Below are positions 14,604 to 27,450 of a stretch of 64,000 nucleotides of DNA, in pieces. The stretch comes from Proteromonas lacertae. Its lineage: Eukaryota. The stretch lies in NCBI GenBank assembly GCA_002245135.1, contig NGBS01000023.1:1-64000 (forward strand). The letters are read 5' to 3'. Position 1 is the first letter of the stretch; the number at the start of each line of letters is the position of its first letter. Both the position numbers and the translations under genes were made by a program. The notes beneath the pieces are model-generated. The model was given only the letters and a program-made list of their open reading frames with translations. It did not search any database and was not told where the DNA came from.

Positions 14604-16205
14604 ATGCAAAAAGTACCTTCTGAAGATATAGATGAGAAAAAAGAATGTAAAATAAAAGAAAAAAATGTATCAGCCAAATTCCCTTGGAATAAAGTATTAG
14701 TCATAGATTTAATACTTTTAATAAATCAAGTTAGTGTTAGAATGGTTTACCCATTTATTCCTTTTATGGTAAAAGAGTTCTACCCAGAACTCAATGATAC
14801 AGAATTGGGTTATAAATCAGGAATATTAGGTAGTGCTTTTAATATAGGTATATTCTTTGGTGGATTATTATGGGGTTATATGGCAGATATGTATGGTAGA
14901 AGAAGAGTATTATTAACAGGTATTATTGGAACCTTTATCACCACTAACTTCTTTGGAATGTCATTGAATTACTTATGGGCACTTAGTGGAAGATTTCTAT
15001 GGGGATTATTGAATGGTAATATTGGTGTTGGTAAAACATATTTATCAGAAATATTAACAAATGAACAACAATCTCAAGGTTTTGCTACAATTGGTGTTAT
15101 GGATGCGACTGGAAGAATTATTGGGCCAATTTTAGGAGGATTCTTAGGAGATAAAAACAATATTGTTGAATTTTCAAATAAATTGAAAATATTTCAAAAA
15201 GTATATATTATTATTATTATTATTAGTTTCCGTTTTGGCTTCCATGTTTGTTGTGTTCGTTGTTTAGTATTGTTGGATTTATTGTAGCTTACAAATACAT
15301 CAAAGAGACAATGACAGCAGATACAAAGAAGAGATTATTGTCAAGATCGTATATTTATTAATATACAAATGATTTTAATAGAGATTCAAAAAATCAAACT
15401 GGTTTATTGAGTATTATAAAAACAAGAGACATTTTTCTTACTGCTATGATGTTGAGTATATTAATATAATTTATCTATTTATTAGCAATATTATCAATAC
15501 ATGGAAATGGAATGGATCAAATTATTCCATTGTATTTATTAAATCCAAAAGATCATGGAGGATTTGGATTTAAATCCAGTGATATTGGTATAATGTATTC
15601 ATTTGCTGGTCCATTTCAACTTTTATCAGCTTTATTTTTCTATCCGCAATGGATAAAATGGTTTGGATATAGAAAAGGTGAAATGCTATCCACAATTATA
15701 GTTTCACTAATTACTTATTTCTTACCACTATTATCAATGACTGAATAAATATCCTAGACATATTACAATGTGGTTTATATGTCCTTATGTTGGAATATTT
15801 CAAGCATTTCGTGTTATGTGTTTTACATCAATGAATGTTTTGATTAATAATTCATGTTTTCCAGAACAAAGATCAAAAGCGAATGGCGTGTCAATGACTT
15901 TATCTGGTATTGGATCTTTCTTAGGGCCTATTTTTGGAGGTTATATTATGGCATGGAGTGAGAATAACACTTTAGGAAGGAATTTCAATTATAGATACCC
16001 ATTTTCCTTGTTTTGTTTATTACATATAATTGTATGTATTGGTGCATATAGTTTACCATCATCCGTTGAATTGAAAAAAGAACATATAGATAGGTTTAGT
16101 TCAGAAAGAATAAGCACAGAATCAATCAACTCAACTTATTCAATTCAAAATAAAGTAAATGAGAATGAAGATGTTGGTGAAAAGACTAAGTTAATAATTA
16201 AATAA
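14604..16205 (+). CDS. MFS transporter (ZIF1/tetracycline-efflux-like), copy 1; one +1 frameshift at ~15739-15748
   Basis: MFS motif A (WGYMADMYGRRRVLL) and GRFLWGLLNGNIGVGKTYL; 3 GT-AG introns; alignment to copy 2 requires removing one base. Confidence 0.88.
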
Positions 16206-16281
16206 TAAGATTATTTTTATTTGTGTTTCATTTTTTCATTTTTCTAATGAAACGACTATATTTTTAGAAATACAATAGAAC

Positions 16282-18082
16282 ATGAGAGAAAGCTGGACAG
16301 CTGATGACGCAGAAATAAAAAATTATGTTTCTAGAAAATCTGTTGATGTAGAAGCATTAGAAAAAGCCACTAAAAAAGGATCGACATTCCCAGCTAAAAA
16401 GGTAGCTACTGTTTGTTTAGTTATTTTTGTAAATACAGTTAGTCTAAGAATGGTATATCCATTTTTACCCTTTATGGTTAAAGATTTCTATCCAGAAGTA
16501 TTACATTGAATTATTAATTCCATTAGTTAGGTGATACTGAATTAGGGTATAAGTCTGGTTTTCTAGGTGCAACATTTAACTTAGGTCAATTTTTTGGAAG
16601 TTTAATTTGGAGTGTACTTGCTGATATATTTGGAAGGAGATGTACTTTATTAACAGGTGTATTAGGAACATTGGGTAGCACATTATTTTTCGGTTTTTCA
16701 TTGAATTTTATTTGGGCATGTTTAGGTAGATTTATGTGGGGAATACTAAATGGCAATATTTGTGTAGCAAAAGTATATTTATCAGAAATATTAACTAACG
16801 ATCAACAATCGTTAGGATTTTCAGGAATTGGTGTTGCAGATGCAACTGGAGTGTATAAATCACCATGTTTTTACGTTAAAATAGAATCATTGGACCAGCA
16901 ATGGGTGGATATCTAGGTGATCAAACTACTGTGAAACAAATCGGAGAAGTAATAAAAATATTTCAGAAATTTCATTTTCTACTTCCTTGTTTGTTTTGTG
17001 CTGCTTTCTGTTTTGTTGGATTGATAATTGCTCATTGTTTTATTGAAGAAACATTGACACCCCAAGTGAAACAACAACGTGCAGAAATTGCGTATGATTA
17101 TATATATAATTTCTATTATTATTAGTAAAACAAGCAACAGTCATACTACTTGGAGTGTTTTGAAAATAACTGAATTGAGGATATCTATTATTATATTCTG
17201 TATATATTTATAATTAATATAATTATTATTATTAGTTATACTATCCATTCATGCAACTGGTGTTGATCAAATTATTCCATTGTTCTTCTTAAATCCTAAA
17301 GATGAAGGAGGTTTTGCTTTTTCATCTAGTGATATTGGATTGATTTATACTTTTGCAGGACCAATTCAATTATTAGGTTGTCATATCATTTTTTATTTTA
17401 TAATGTTAGTTATTTCTTTAATTTATTGTGTTAATTGTTGTTTATCCTCGTTTTATTGCTAAAACTGGATATAGAATTGGAGAAATGGTTACTTGTTCTG
17501 GTGCTTGTATTTTAACATATTTTCTACCAGTATTAACTGTATTTAATAACTTATCTAAAACTGTATATATATAATATTATATATCTTTCGATTATAGCAA
17601 GCAATGTGGATAATCTGTCCATATATTGGAATACTCCAAATGTTTAGAGTTTCATGTTTTACTACAGTAAATGTGTTTATTAGTAACTCATGTTTTCCTG
17701 AACAGAAGTCTAAAGGTAATGGTATTGCACAGTCGATGTGTGGCATAGGTTGTACAGTCGGACCACTAATTGGAGGACCAATAATGGCTTGGAGTTTGAA
17801 TAATTCAATAGGAGATCCATTCAACTATAGATTTCCATTCTTCATAATGTCTTTATGTCATATTGCTGCTGGTCTTTTTGCTTGGTTTTTACCAACAACA
17901 ATTGAAAAGAAGAAAGAACATAAACATCATGATAATGTATTATCAGCTCCACATTTAGAAAATGGATCTGAAAAGAAGGTAAAACAAAGTCCAAAAGATG
18001 ATAGTTCACATATTATTATGTATATTGTTAATAGTTTTATATATTTATTAGAACTGAGAAAACCAATCTGTTAGATAAGTAA
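16282..18082 (+). CDS. MFS transporter (ZIF1-like), copy 2, tandem paralog; 7 introns including one U12-type
   Basis: WSVLADIFGRRCTLL and GRFMWGILNGNICVAKVYL; colinear with copy 1; last exon ends TEKTNLLDK-TAA at 18082. Confidence 0.88.
17383..17434 (+). other. U12-type (minor) intron, AT-AA termini, 52 nt
   Basis: Donor ATATCATTTT; branch TTCTTTAAT at 17414-17422; removal gives QLLGCLVVYP, gap-free against the paralog QLLSALFFYP. Confidence 0.78.
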
Positions 18083-18230
18083 AAATCATATGTATAAGTG
18101 TTGTTTTTAAATGACTTTGATTTTTTAAATGGGTTATATAAAAACATTTGGAAAATATAAAAATAAAAATAAATTCATTTAATAAATCACATTAATTAAA
18201 AAATTCACATCTAATAATAAAAATATACAT

Positions 18231-20075
18231 TTAAAATCTCTTCTTATTAATATTAATTGATTTTTTAATTGTCTTTGACATTTTTGCATTTTCTTTCAAT
18301 CTCTTCTCTTTTTCTAAATCAATTCCTTTTATTACCATTTTCTTTATTTCTATTTCATTGCAATATCTCCAAATATGAAATTTTTCATATCTTGGCATTT
18401 TTAATCTCTCTTTTTTCTCCAAAAACTTTGGATTATCATAAAGACCAGTCCATTGAGGTATTTCATGTCTAGCTTTACTTCGATAAATCATCATGTCTGA
18501 AAAGTATTTCGCTTTTGCTCTAGATTCATGCAATTTTGACATACTATAAAGAAATTGCCAAAACATTGGATATTTTATTCTATTAAAAAGAAATATTATA
18601 ATTTAAATATACTCATCTCTAACTTTCAATGTACTGATTGATCTTTCTATTAAACCTCTTTTTCTAAAGTTTTTAATTATTTTGTTATGAACATCAGCTA
18701 ATTGCCTTTCTAAATCTCTAATTGACTTGAAATTATCTCCTAGCTGTGGATCTTCTTCTAAATATAGAGATGAGGATGTATTTCTTGGTTTTATAAACTC
18801 TAACTCTTCATGCTTTTCTTGTTGCTAATATAAAATAAAACTATATAAGGAAATAAATACCATTTGATTAACATAATCTGTTTCTAATGTTTCAAAATAC
18901 ATATTTATTATTTCAACTCTACTTTTATTCAACATTAAATGCCTTCTCATTGCTCTATTTATTATAGTCACTTTTCTCATATATTCTTTAACATAAGACA
19001 CTAAGAAATTACTAGGATCTTGAGAATGCAAAAAATCATAAATAACATTTGCACATATATTCTTTCTAACATATCTTAAGAAAAATTTTGTCACTACAAT
19101 TCTAGGCCAAAAGTAATGTTTATCTGCTTTATATTGAGCATATCTTTTCTTCCTAATAAGTTTAGAAAACCATTTTGATATATTATGAACAGCTTTACTT
19201 AATTGTCTGGAATTAAATTTAGTATTCACAAATCCATAAAAGGTATTATAATTTGTGATTACTGCCAGAGTTTTAAACCAAAATAATTGTCTTTCTTTTT
19301 TCTCTTCTTCAATTCTTTTTTTAAGTATTCTTTTTTGTCTTTCCATCTCGTGTCTTTTTATTTCTTTTACTCTTTCTTCTTCCAACCTTATTCTTCTTTC
19401 TCTAGCAATTAAGGATACTCTTTTATTTTCTTCTTTTTTCTTTGGTTGTCTTTTAATATTGATTGTGTTAGGAGAACTTGATGGAATCTTTATTGTGTCT
19501 TTTTCTTCATCTCTCCTAGCTGTTGATGAAGCTGAGGACGCTTGGCTATGTATGTCTGGTAATGTTGGAATGCTACTAGGATATGTACTGTAATGACTGA
19601 GACTCTTTTTCTTCTTTTTTATACCAAAATGTTCTTTATATTCATTTCTATAATACAAAATATATGTAAATAATTATAAAAATACAACAACATAGTACTA
19701 TGTTCATCATATTCTGCTATTCTCTGTATAATTCTAAATATTATAACAATGACGTGTAAATACTCGATTGTTTGACGATCCTATATATGAATATATTTTC
19801 TAAAATATATACTCTTTTACGACTATTTTCTATTTTCTCTCTCAACTTTTTCTCTCGATCTTTAAATTAAAATAATAAGTATACAATTATCGGCTGCACC
19901 AACTTGTCTCATGTCTCTCATCGTAATCATAGGAGGTCTAGATATATTAAATAACATTAATTTCTATACTGAGCATTAAGCTGTAATTGATCGATTGCAT
20001 TTATGACCTCGGCATGTATTGGGTTTATACTAAGCCTCTACACAATAATTACATATATACTGAGGATTTTTTCAT
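18231..20075 (-). CDS. Basic, charged coiled-coil hypothetical protein, about 8 introns including a 23-nt intron and a 17-nt exon
   Basis: ATG 20075; GT-AG introns join small 5' exons to ORFs 18825-19658 and 18231-18566 in one frame. Confidence 0.7.
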
Positions 20076-20402
20076 GGTTTTTGGAAATAACGAAAAGTCT
20101 TATGACCAAACTAAAGCTTGACAATAATTAACGACTATTTTTTAAATAATACATTGAGAAATATACACATCGTAATCATTTAAATATAAGTGTGACATAC
20201 TAGTTAATAATAAAAGAATGTAATTGAATCTGCTTTAACATTTGTAATTATGATCAACATAACTACAATTGATTTCTTCAACATATTACATTCTCTAAGT
20301 ACTGCTTAAATATATTTCCTATGAAAATCTTATTTTTACAATTTCTACAAAAGTAAACTCTCAAACTTGTTTGTCTCATTTTTTTTCTTTTTAGAAGTAA
20401 TA

Positions 20403-21326
20403 ATGTCGGTGGATTTATCTAAAAGAATATTAAAACTTTCAGATTATAGAGATAAAATTCATCTAAAGGAAATGTTTGTCAAAAAAACTCCGTCAAACCT
20501 AAATAAAGATGAAAGAAAGAAAAGAGATTATAAAATTATACATGAAATGTGCAAAATAAATAAAATAGAGTTAAAGAATGATATGAACAACAGAACAGCA
20601 GAGTTCATAAGGATGTTTCAAAATATAACGCCACCAGGGGTAATAAATTCAGATTTAATGGATATACTTGATGGATACATAATTGATTTATATAATGGTA
20701 TAAAAATTACTGATATAAAAGAGATTGATTCTATAGAGTGTTATTCCCCTCAAATATTTAAAAATCCATCTAAACTGTTTTTATGGCAAGGTGATATTAC
20801 ACATTTGAGAGTAGATGCTATAGTAAATGCTTGTAATAATCAGTTGTTAGGTTGTTTTGCTCCATTACATATGTGTATAGATAATGCAATACATACTTTT
20901 GCAGGTCCTCGTTTAAGAGATGATTGTGATATAATTATGAAAATGCAAGGTTTTAAAGAACCAACAGGTGAATGTAAAATTACCAGATCCTATAATTTAC
21001 CATGTAATTATGTTCTACATACAGTTGGTCCTATTTATGAAGAATACGAGGATAAGAAAGTCTGTGAATCATTGTTAAAGAGATGTTATATAAATTGTTT
21101 AGAGTTAGCTGAAGAAGTTGGAGATATTCGAACTGTAGCATTTTGTAGTTTATCAACTGGCGTATTTGGATATCCAATTAAAGAAGCTGTTAAAACAGCA
21201 ATGTTGACAGTTGATGATTGGATTTCAAATCATCAAGATAGTAAAATAAGCAAAGTGTTGTTTAACTTATTTTCTGATGAAGATTATAAAGTATATGAAG
21301 AGTTTATAAAAACAAAGAAAGAGTAA
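20403..21326 (+). CDS. Zinc-binding macrodomain (protein-ADP-ribose hydrolase of the SirTM-associated type), intronless
   Basis: LWQGDITHLRVDAIVNACN; LLGCFAPLHMCIDNAIHTFAG (Cys-His-Cys Zn loop); YVLHTVGP; VAFCSLSTGVFGYP. Confidence 0.9.
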   Translation: MSVDLSKRILKLSDYRDKIHLKEMFVKKTPSNLNKDERKKRDYKIIHEMCKINKIELKNDMNNRTAEFIRMFQNITPPGVINSDLMDILDGYIIDLYNGIKITDIKEIDSIECYSPQIFKNPSKLFLWQGDITHLRVDAIVNACNNQLLGCFAPLHMCIDNAIHTFAGPRLRDDCDIIMKMQGFKEPTGECKITRSYNLPCNYVLHTVGPIYEEYEDKKVCESLLKRCYINCLELAEEVGDIRTVAFCSLSTGVFGYPIKEAVKTAMLTVDDWISNHQDSKISKVLFNLFSDEDYKVYEEFIKTKKE

Positions 21327-21360
21327 TTTAAATTATTGTGCATTTATTATATATTTTTTA

Positions 21361-21851
21361 TCAATTTATTGTATATTTATTACAAACATCCATCAAGAAA
21401 TCAAATTTGTCATTATCATATATACTTTTCTTCAAATCTTCAATTATCATTGTTTTTCTCTTTCCATCTTCTGTATTAACCCAAGAGTGTAATGTCAAAT
21501 CATTTATAAACAATTCACATGCTTTAGAGAGTATAACTTGAACTTCTGGATTAACACTCTATACTTATTATTATAATACATATTATACAAGCACAGTTTC
21601 AGAGTATTTTATTGTATCTATTTTTAAATCAAATGAAGCTTGACCTGTAAAATCTTCAGTGTTTGAATCTATTGCTTTAACAATCTCCTTTTGATTTTTC
21701 CAGTAAGACTTCATCTGGTTATCAAAACTAATTTCATGTAGTTGTTTTCTCTTCTATGTTATACTATAACTACTTTCATAAATACTTGTTGGATAGGTAT
21801 AAGAGTAGGTGTAACCTTTGTATCAACATATGGTGCAATTTTAACATTCAT
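21361..21851 (-). CDS. NFYC: NF-YC (CBF-C/HAP5)-like histone-fold protein, 2 introns; absent from the ORF track
   Basis: Spliced product contains VILSKACELFINDLTLHSWVNTEDGKRKTMIIEDLKKSIYDNDKFDFLMDV, matching the NF-YC alpha2-alpha3-alphaC signature. Confidence 0.8.
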
Positions 21852-22036
21852 TATTTTGTTGTTAATCCACTTAGAGTAATGAAAAACAAAGAAAAATGAA
21901 AATAATAATCAAACAGACATTCGAACTATTATTATAAAATGTTGATTATAAACATTTCTTATTGTTATTTTTTATTGTAACACTCACATACATATTTTAA
22001 TAATAATAATATAACAAATTCTATCTCTTTTATCTT

Positions 22037-25000
22037 TTATAATCTTCTGAGTCCTTCATCTTTTATCACTATTGATTCATACCAAGCATAACACCCTTGA
22101 ATAATACCAACAACAGATAATACTTGAATAGTTGAAATATCACTTAATAAACCAACTGCAGCAATAGGCACATAAGATATAAATGCTATTTTCTGTATAT
22201 GATAATTCCAAAAATAGATATTTGTTGTTATAAGTGATGGTAAAATACAAATAATTAGAATAGAATTCTTAATAAAATAAAATGATCCAAATTCATTACT
22301 ATCATTATCATCATAATTATCTTTCATTATTCGAAAGACTCGATGTAATAAAGAAATAGTAATTGACCAACAAATAGGTGAATATTTTGATAATGTTTCA
22401 TTATAAAACTTCAATAACAAAATATCATGTTGTAAACATAACAACAATGAAGAGATTGCCAAATAACATATTATCCAATCTTTATAAGACACTATCAATA
22501 TATAAGCAGAGAAATATCCATAGATTGCTGAAATATTTCCTATAACTGCATGCCAATAATAACCTTTCTGAAGAATCTCATTTGCTGACATTTTAGCATA
22601 TCTAAATGAAGTTACTTTACTAGTAAATGCTAACAGTATTGAAATAAATGTAAATAATGATAAAGAAGTTTGATAACATGCTTTATAATAATCTATTCCA
22701 TTTTGTATTGGATAATTCTTGTATAAATAATTAACTAACAAAAGAAGAGCAAACAATGATGATATTAATCCACAATAAAACCATAACAATAACTTGGATG
22801 TAAATGGACTTGGATATAGTAAGAATATCAATGTTAAAGTAAATAATACAAACATAATACTCAATATTATAAAAATAGATAATCTCAAAGGATAGAAATT
22901 ACCAATAATGTATAAACTTAAACAAATTCCACATATTACACCATAACATATTCTTAAAAACAATGATTTCTTTATTGATACTATATCCAATACAACTACA
23001 AGTGTAACTCCAAATAACATTATTAATACCCATGGTGGCCAAAGTGGTTGTTCATTATTATCACTTTCAAATAGTAAAGATCGATTGATTATTGCATTAT
23101 ATATATCTAACATTAATAAATGGAATTGTATTTCTGGTTGTAATATATATAATAATGAAGCTATAACGAATAAAATCAATACAAAACGATGTAAATATGG
23201 AGATAAATTAATAGAGAATTTATCATAAAACAGTGATACAATTCCCCAAATAATTAAAGTACAAGAATTGACAACTGCATTTGGAACATAGGATTGGAAT
23301 AATATTAAATATAAATGATGTAACATTGAATATCTTAATAAATACAATATAAATCCACTCAGAAATATGCAACTACAAATATATTCTATTTTATTATAAC
23401 ATATATCAATGAATAATGGAAATGTAATAACTCCTACAAATAATAACACTAACCAACTTTCTTTATTACTAAAACCACATAAAATAGATAGTTTTCTTAA
23501 ATGTATAATGGTTAAAAACCAAGGATATACATTATTCACATGTTTTTGTTTATATATTCTCTTTGAAATGTATAATCCAATTGCACAAGTTATCAATAAG
23601 AAATATGAGTTATATATTCGATTATACTTATTTCGATAAAATATTTCTTCATTGTATAAACTCATTTCTAATAAAGTAAAGCAGAATGAATGTATTATTA
23701 ACAACAACAATGAATAAGGACGAGTATTATCATTATTATACAATGGTGGAAATAGGAGAATGATAACTGCGAATAATAACAATAAATATGCAACATTAGT
23801 AAGCGAAAGGGGATGGAATTGATTGAAAATGAAAAGTAAAAACATGATATTAAGGAAATAAAGAAGAAAATGCAATTGAATTAAAATGATATTCTAAATA
23901 CCAATATGTCTTTTGAATAAACCAATGATATGAACAGATAATTCCAACTATTATTGAAACATAAGTCTAAATAAAAGTCATTATAAAATATACATAAAAT
24001 GATTTCTTAAAGAACAATTCTACACTTTTATATACAGCAAATGTTAATATTGGAATATAAATAATATTAACTCCAAATAAAAAACACAAACAAAATGCAC
24101 TTATTGTCATACAACTTTTACCAAATTTCTCATTATTTTTACTATTTATTATATACAGAGAGATAACTATATATTGATACTTGTTAAATTCCAATACATA
24201 AGATATTGGGAAATATAACAACAATAACAATGATATAGTAAAGAATATAAAATTGAAATAAGTTGATAATACCATAAACTGATTACAGATTTTATATAAT
24301 ATTCGAAGTTCAAAACCAATTGTAAAAAATATTAATGACATTGCTGTTGCTAATTTCAATAATAATGAATAAAACTTTTCTTTTTCTATTAAAATATAAT
24401 TATCTAGTCAATATACGATAAACAGCTAATATCTTATAATGATTATAATAATGTAACAAGATGATTGGTGCTGAAGAAATCATTAATAATTCACTTATAT
24501 TATTAACATCAAAATGTATAAAAATCAAATTGAAATTAACAATCAAATGAATTGTATTTGGTATAGCAAGGAAATAGTATAACATTATACTTGTATCTTT
24601 CTTCCTTAATATTCTTAATTCTAATTATAACAAATACTTATAATAGATACGAAGTGGAACATTATAATTATTCTTCATATAAAATGATATATTGGATTTC
24701 AAAAATGAAGATTGTTGTGGAATAATGAAATAACTGTAATATATTACTGTAAATATAACAAAGAACATTGATATATGTGTTGAATGAAATACTGTTATTA
24801 CAACCCAAACTAACAGCAATGGCATTATTATTGGTATAAACATAAACAGTAATCTTTCCAATACTAATACTGACTTTGGTTCATCCCTTTGAATAAATTT
24901 GAACTGTAAAGTAATCCATATGCCAAATAATATCAATAATGAAAGCAATATCAAAACAACTAAAAAATTCCATATTGAGTATTCTAGTAGTGGTATTGCT

Positions 25001-25402
25001 GATAACCATATTGAGACAGATGATATTACAATTGTAAGCCACACAGAACCAATTGTACTATATACATTTAATAAAAATATATAACTAATATATATTTATA
25101 CTATTCTTCAAACCCAAATAGATCGAATGTATAACTGATTATACTTCCTGTAATTAAAAACCCTACCATTCTATACAGAGAGAAAAATATTGAAATGTTG
25201 ATACAGTTTCCCACAAAATGCAATTAAAATTAACAGACCAGGTAATAAGCTAAGAAAAACTCTCATGTTATATTCAAAGCCACAGCTAACAAAACTGACA
25301 ATTTCTTCTTTAGCTTTGCTTTCTTTTTGATTATCTCCATCATTATAATGCACCTGAATGATTATCACTGCCAACTAAACTACGATGAGTGATATTTTGC
25401 AT
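22037..25402 (-). CDS. NO EXINE FORMATION 1 (NEF1)-like polytopic membrane protein, about 7 introns including one U12-type; start uncertain
   Basis: FEYNMRVFLSLLPGLLIL and GIWITLQFKFIQRDEPKSVLVLERLLFMFIP resemble recalled plant NEF1 motifs (WASLQFKWIQ.ENPSIV.ALERLLF); many hydrophobic helices. Confidence 0.75.
23836..23892 (-). other. U12-type (minor) intron; AT-AC end at 23836 or AT-AA end at 23823
   Basis: Donor ATATCATTTT at 23892; branch TTCCTTAAT at 23857-23849; removes an in-frame TAA; no suitable GT-AG pair found. Confidence 0.7.
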
Positions 25403-25990
25403 TTTCAAAAAATGAGAAAATACAAAAATACAAAATTAATACAAATTTCTTATGTATTATAATAAATTCAAAAAATCAATAGAATGCGAATGTAAGCCAG
25501 CCAGAAATTATTCGAACAATAGATATACTTGCTTAAATAGATAAATTATAGATAGATAAATTACCAAATCAACATAAATGATGTAATTGTGGTATTAATG
25601 TTTATATCAATGTAATAATGGAATAAGAAATGAACTTATGTTACTTAAATCAAATGCCAGTGTATATGTTGTATTAGGTAAGTTTATAAGTGAATATATA
25701 TTACCTGATAAAGAGTTTGCTGGTGATGATTAAATACAAATATCAATTATCTTAAAATTCTATTAAAATTAAGAAACAAATTGTGATTATATAGAGTATA
25801 ACTAAATAAACAATGAAATGTACACTACGAAATATTATGAAGTGTATAAAACTTCATAATATCTTAATTGGATCTATAATCATCTAAATCAAAATGAATT
25901 AAAAAAGATATATGAATATCCAAATAACAAATTATCCCCAAAAACATTTATAATAAAAGTATATAGTAGATAACCAAAATTAAAAAAAAA

Positions 25991-27378
25991 CTATTTTGAT
26001 AAAGACTTTTTAAGTTCAGCATTTTCATTTTCTAATTCTTCAATTCTCTTTTTAGCTTCTTCTAATTCTTTCTCTAACTGTTGGTAAGTTTTTCTTTCAA
26101 TAACAACACTTCCTGATCCTTCAATCAACTTGTTTGCATCTTTAGGATTTAAACTAACCTTCACTGGTTCTTTTATTATTCCATTAAACCATTCACTAGC
26201 TTCACAAGAACATTTGCCACTAAAGCAAGGAGGATATAAATCATCTTGATAAGCCTCAGATCTTCTAGGAACAATAAAACTGATTGGCTCAACACTTTTA
26301 TCAGTTAATTTCAACATCCTTGTAATCTCACATTTCATTACATTTACTACTCTTTTTGGGCAAACTGCAACACCTTTAATAGGTGTAGCATCATTATAAT
26401 GATTCAAATAGAACAAATATGGAGAAATATCTTCACAAATTTCATAATAATGAATACAATTATCACCTTTTCCAAATATATAAAGTATATTTAAATCACT
26501 ATCATAATAAGGGAATAAAGCTCCTGATGATCGATCTAATTCAGTTGTATTTACTGGACCATTCTCTATCTTATCAACATCCCACATTTTTATCTCTCTA
26601 GAATTCATTTTATTAAATCCTGTAGTAATAATGAACTTATTCTTAATAAAACAACATTTACTCGTTCTTACACTTTCATGTGCATTAAATTCACAACATA
26701 TATTATTAGTTAATGGCTCCCATACTCTTACCATTTTATCTTTTGAATCTATTACTAATTTATCACCATTATAATTCCAGTCCATTGATTGGACGAATTC
26801 TGTAATACTATCTAAAGTTATATTACATGTTTGCTTTTCTACATCCCATATTCTTACTGTATAATCACCGCCAGCACTTGCTAATATGTTTTTAGCTGTT
26901 TTGTTCCATTTTATGACTAAGACTTTCCTTGTATGTCCTTCTAATGTGATACTTTCTGTAATATTCTCAGTTAGACCACCTTCTGGTATTTTCCATATAC
27001 GAATGGTAGTATCTTCAGAAGCAGTAGCTAATCTTTCTTCATCAAAAGGATCAAATTCGAAATCAAAAATTCTTCCTCTATAATTATAATAAATCGTTTA
27101 TAATAAATGTACTTATGTCCAGTTAGTGATTTTACTTCAGAAATTACTGGTACATAACTTCCTTTATCGTGAGGCCATACTAATACTGGACCACCACCTC
27201 CACTAATAGCTACTGCGAAATATTTAGTGTTGGCAGTGATGAATTCTTGATCTCCTGTTAAATTAGCTAAAGACAAATTAGTAATGTGATTTTCAGCTAT
27301 AGGATATATTCAATAAATCATACGTTTGGATAATTCACCATAAATAAAACGAAACTTAGATTCCCTCACAATATTCAT
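25991..27378 (-). CDS. CORO: Coronin (WD40 actin-binding protein), 2 introns
   Basis: MNIVRESKFRFIYG; GGGPVLV; WD repeats; GKGDNCIHYYE; VEPISFIVPRRSEAYQDDLYP; C-terminal coiled coil. Confidence 0.95.
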
Positions 27379-27450
27379 TAGAAGAAGAGAAGATTTATTA
27401 GAAGTATTTTTATGTAATTTTGACGCTAGGAATTACCAAAATTATTCAAA

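Noticed and set aside
17378..17428. GT-TG intron in MFS copy 2
   Set aside because: It restores the frame, but the AT-AA reading has U12 donor and branch signals shared with other loci.
25440..25980. Possible ncRNA in the longer intergenic gap (TGATGA and TTACCTG words)
   Set aside because: No properly spaced C/D boxes, terminal stem or U1-like fold could be supported by eye; an Infernal search is needed.
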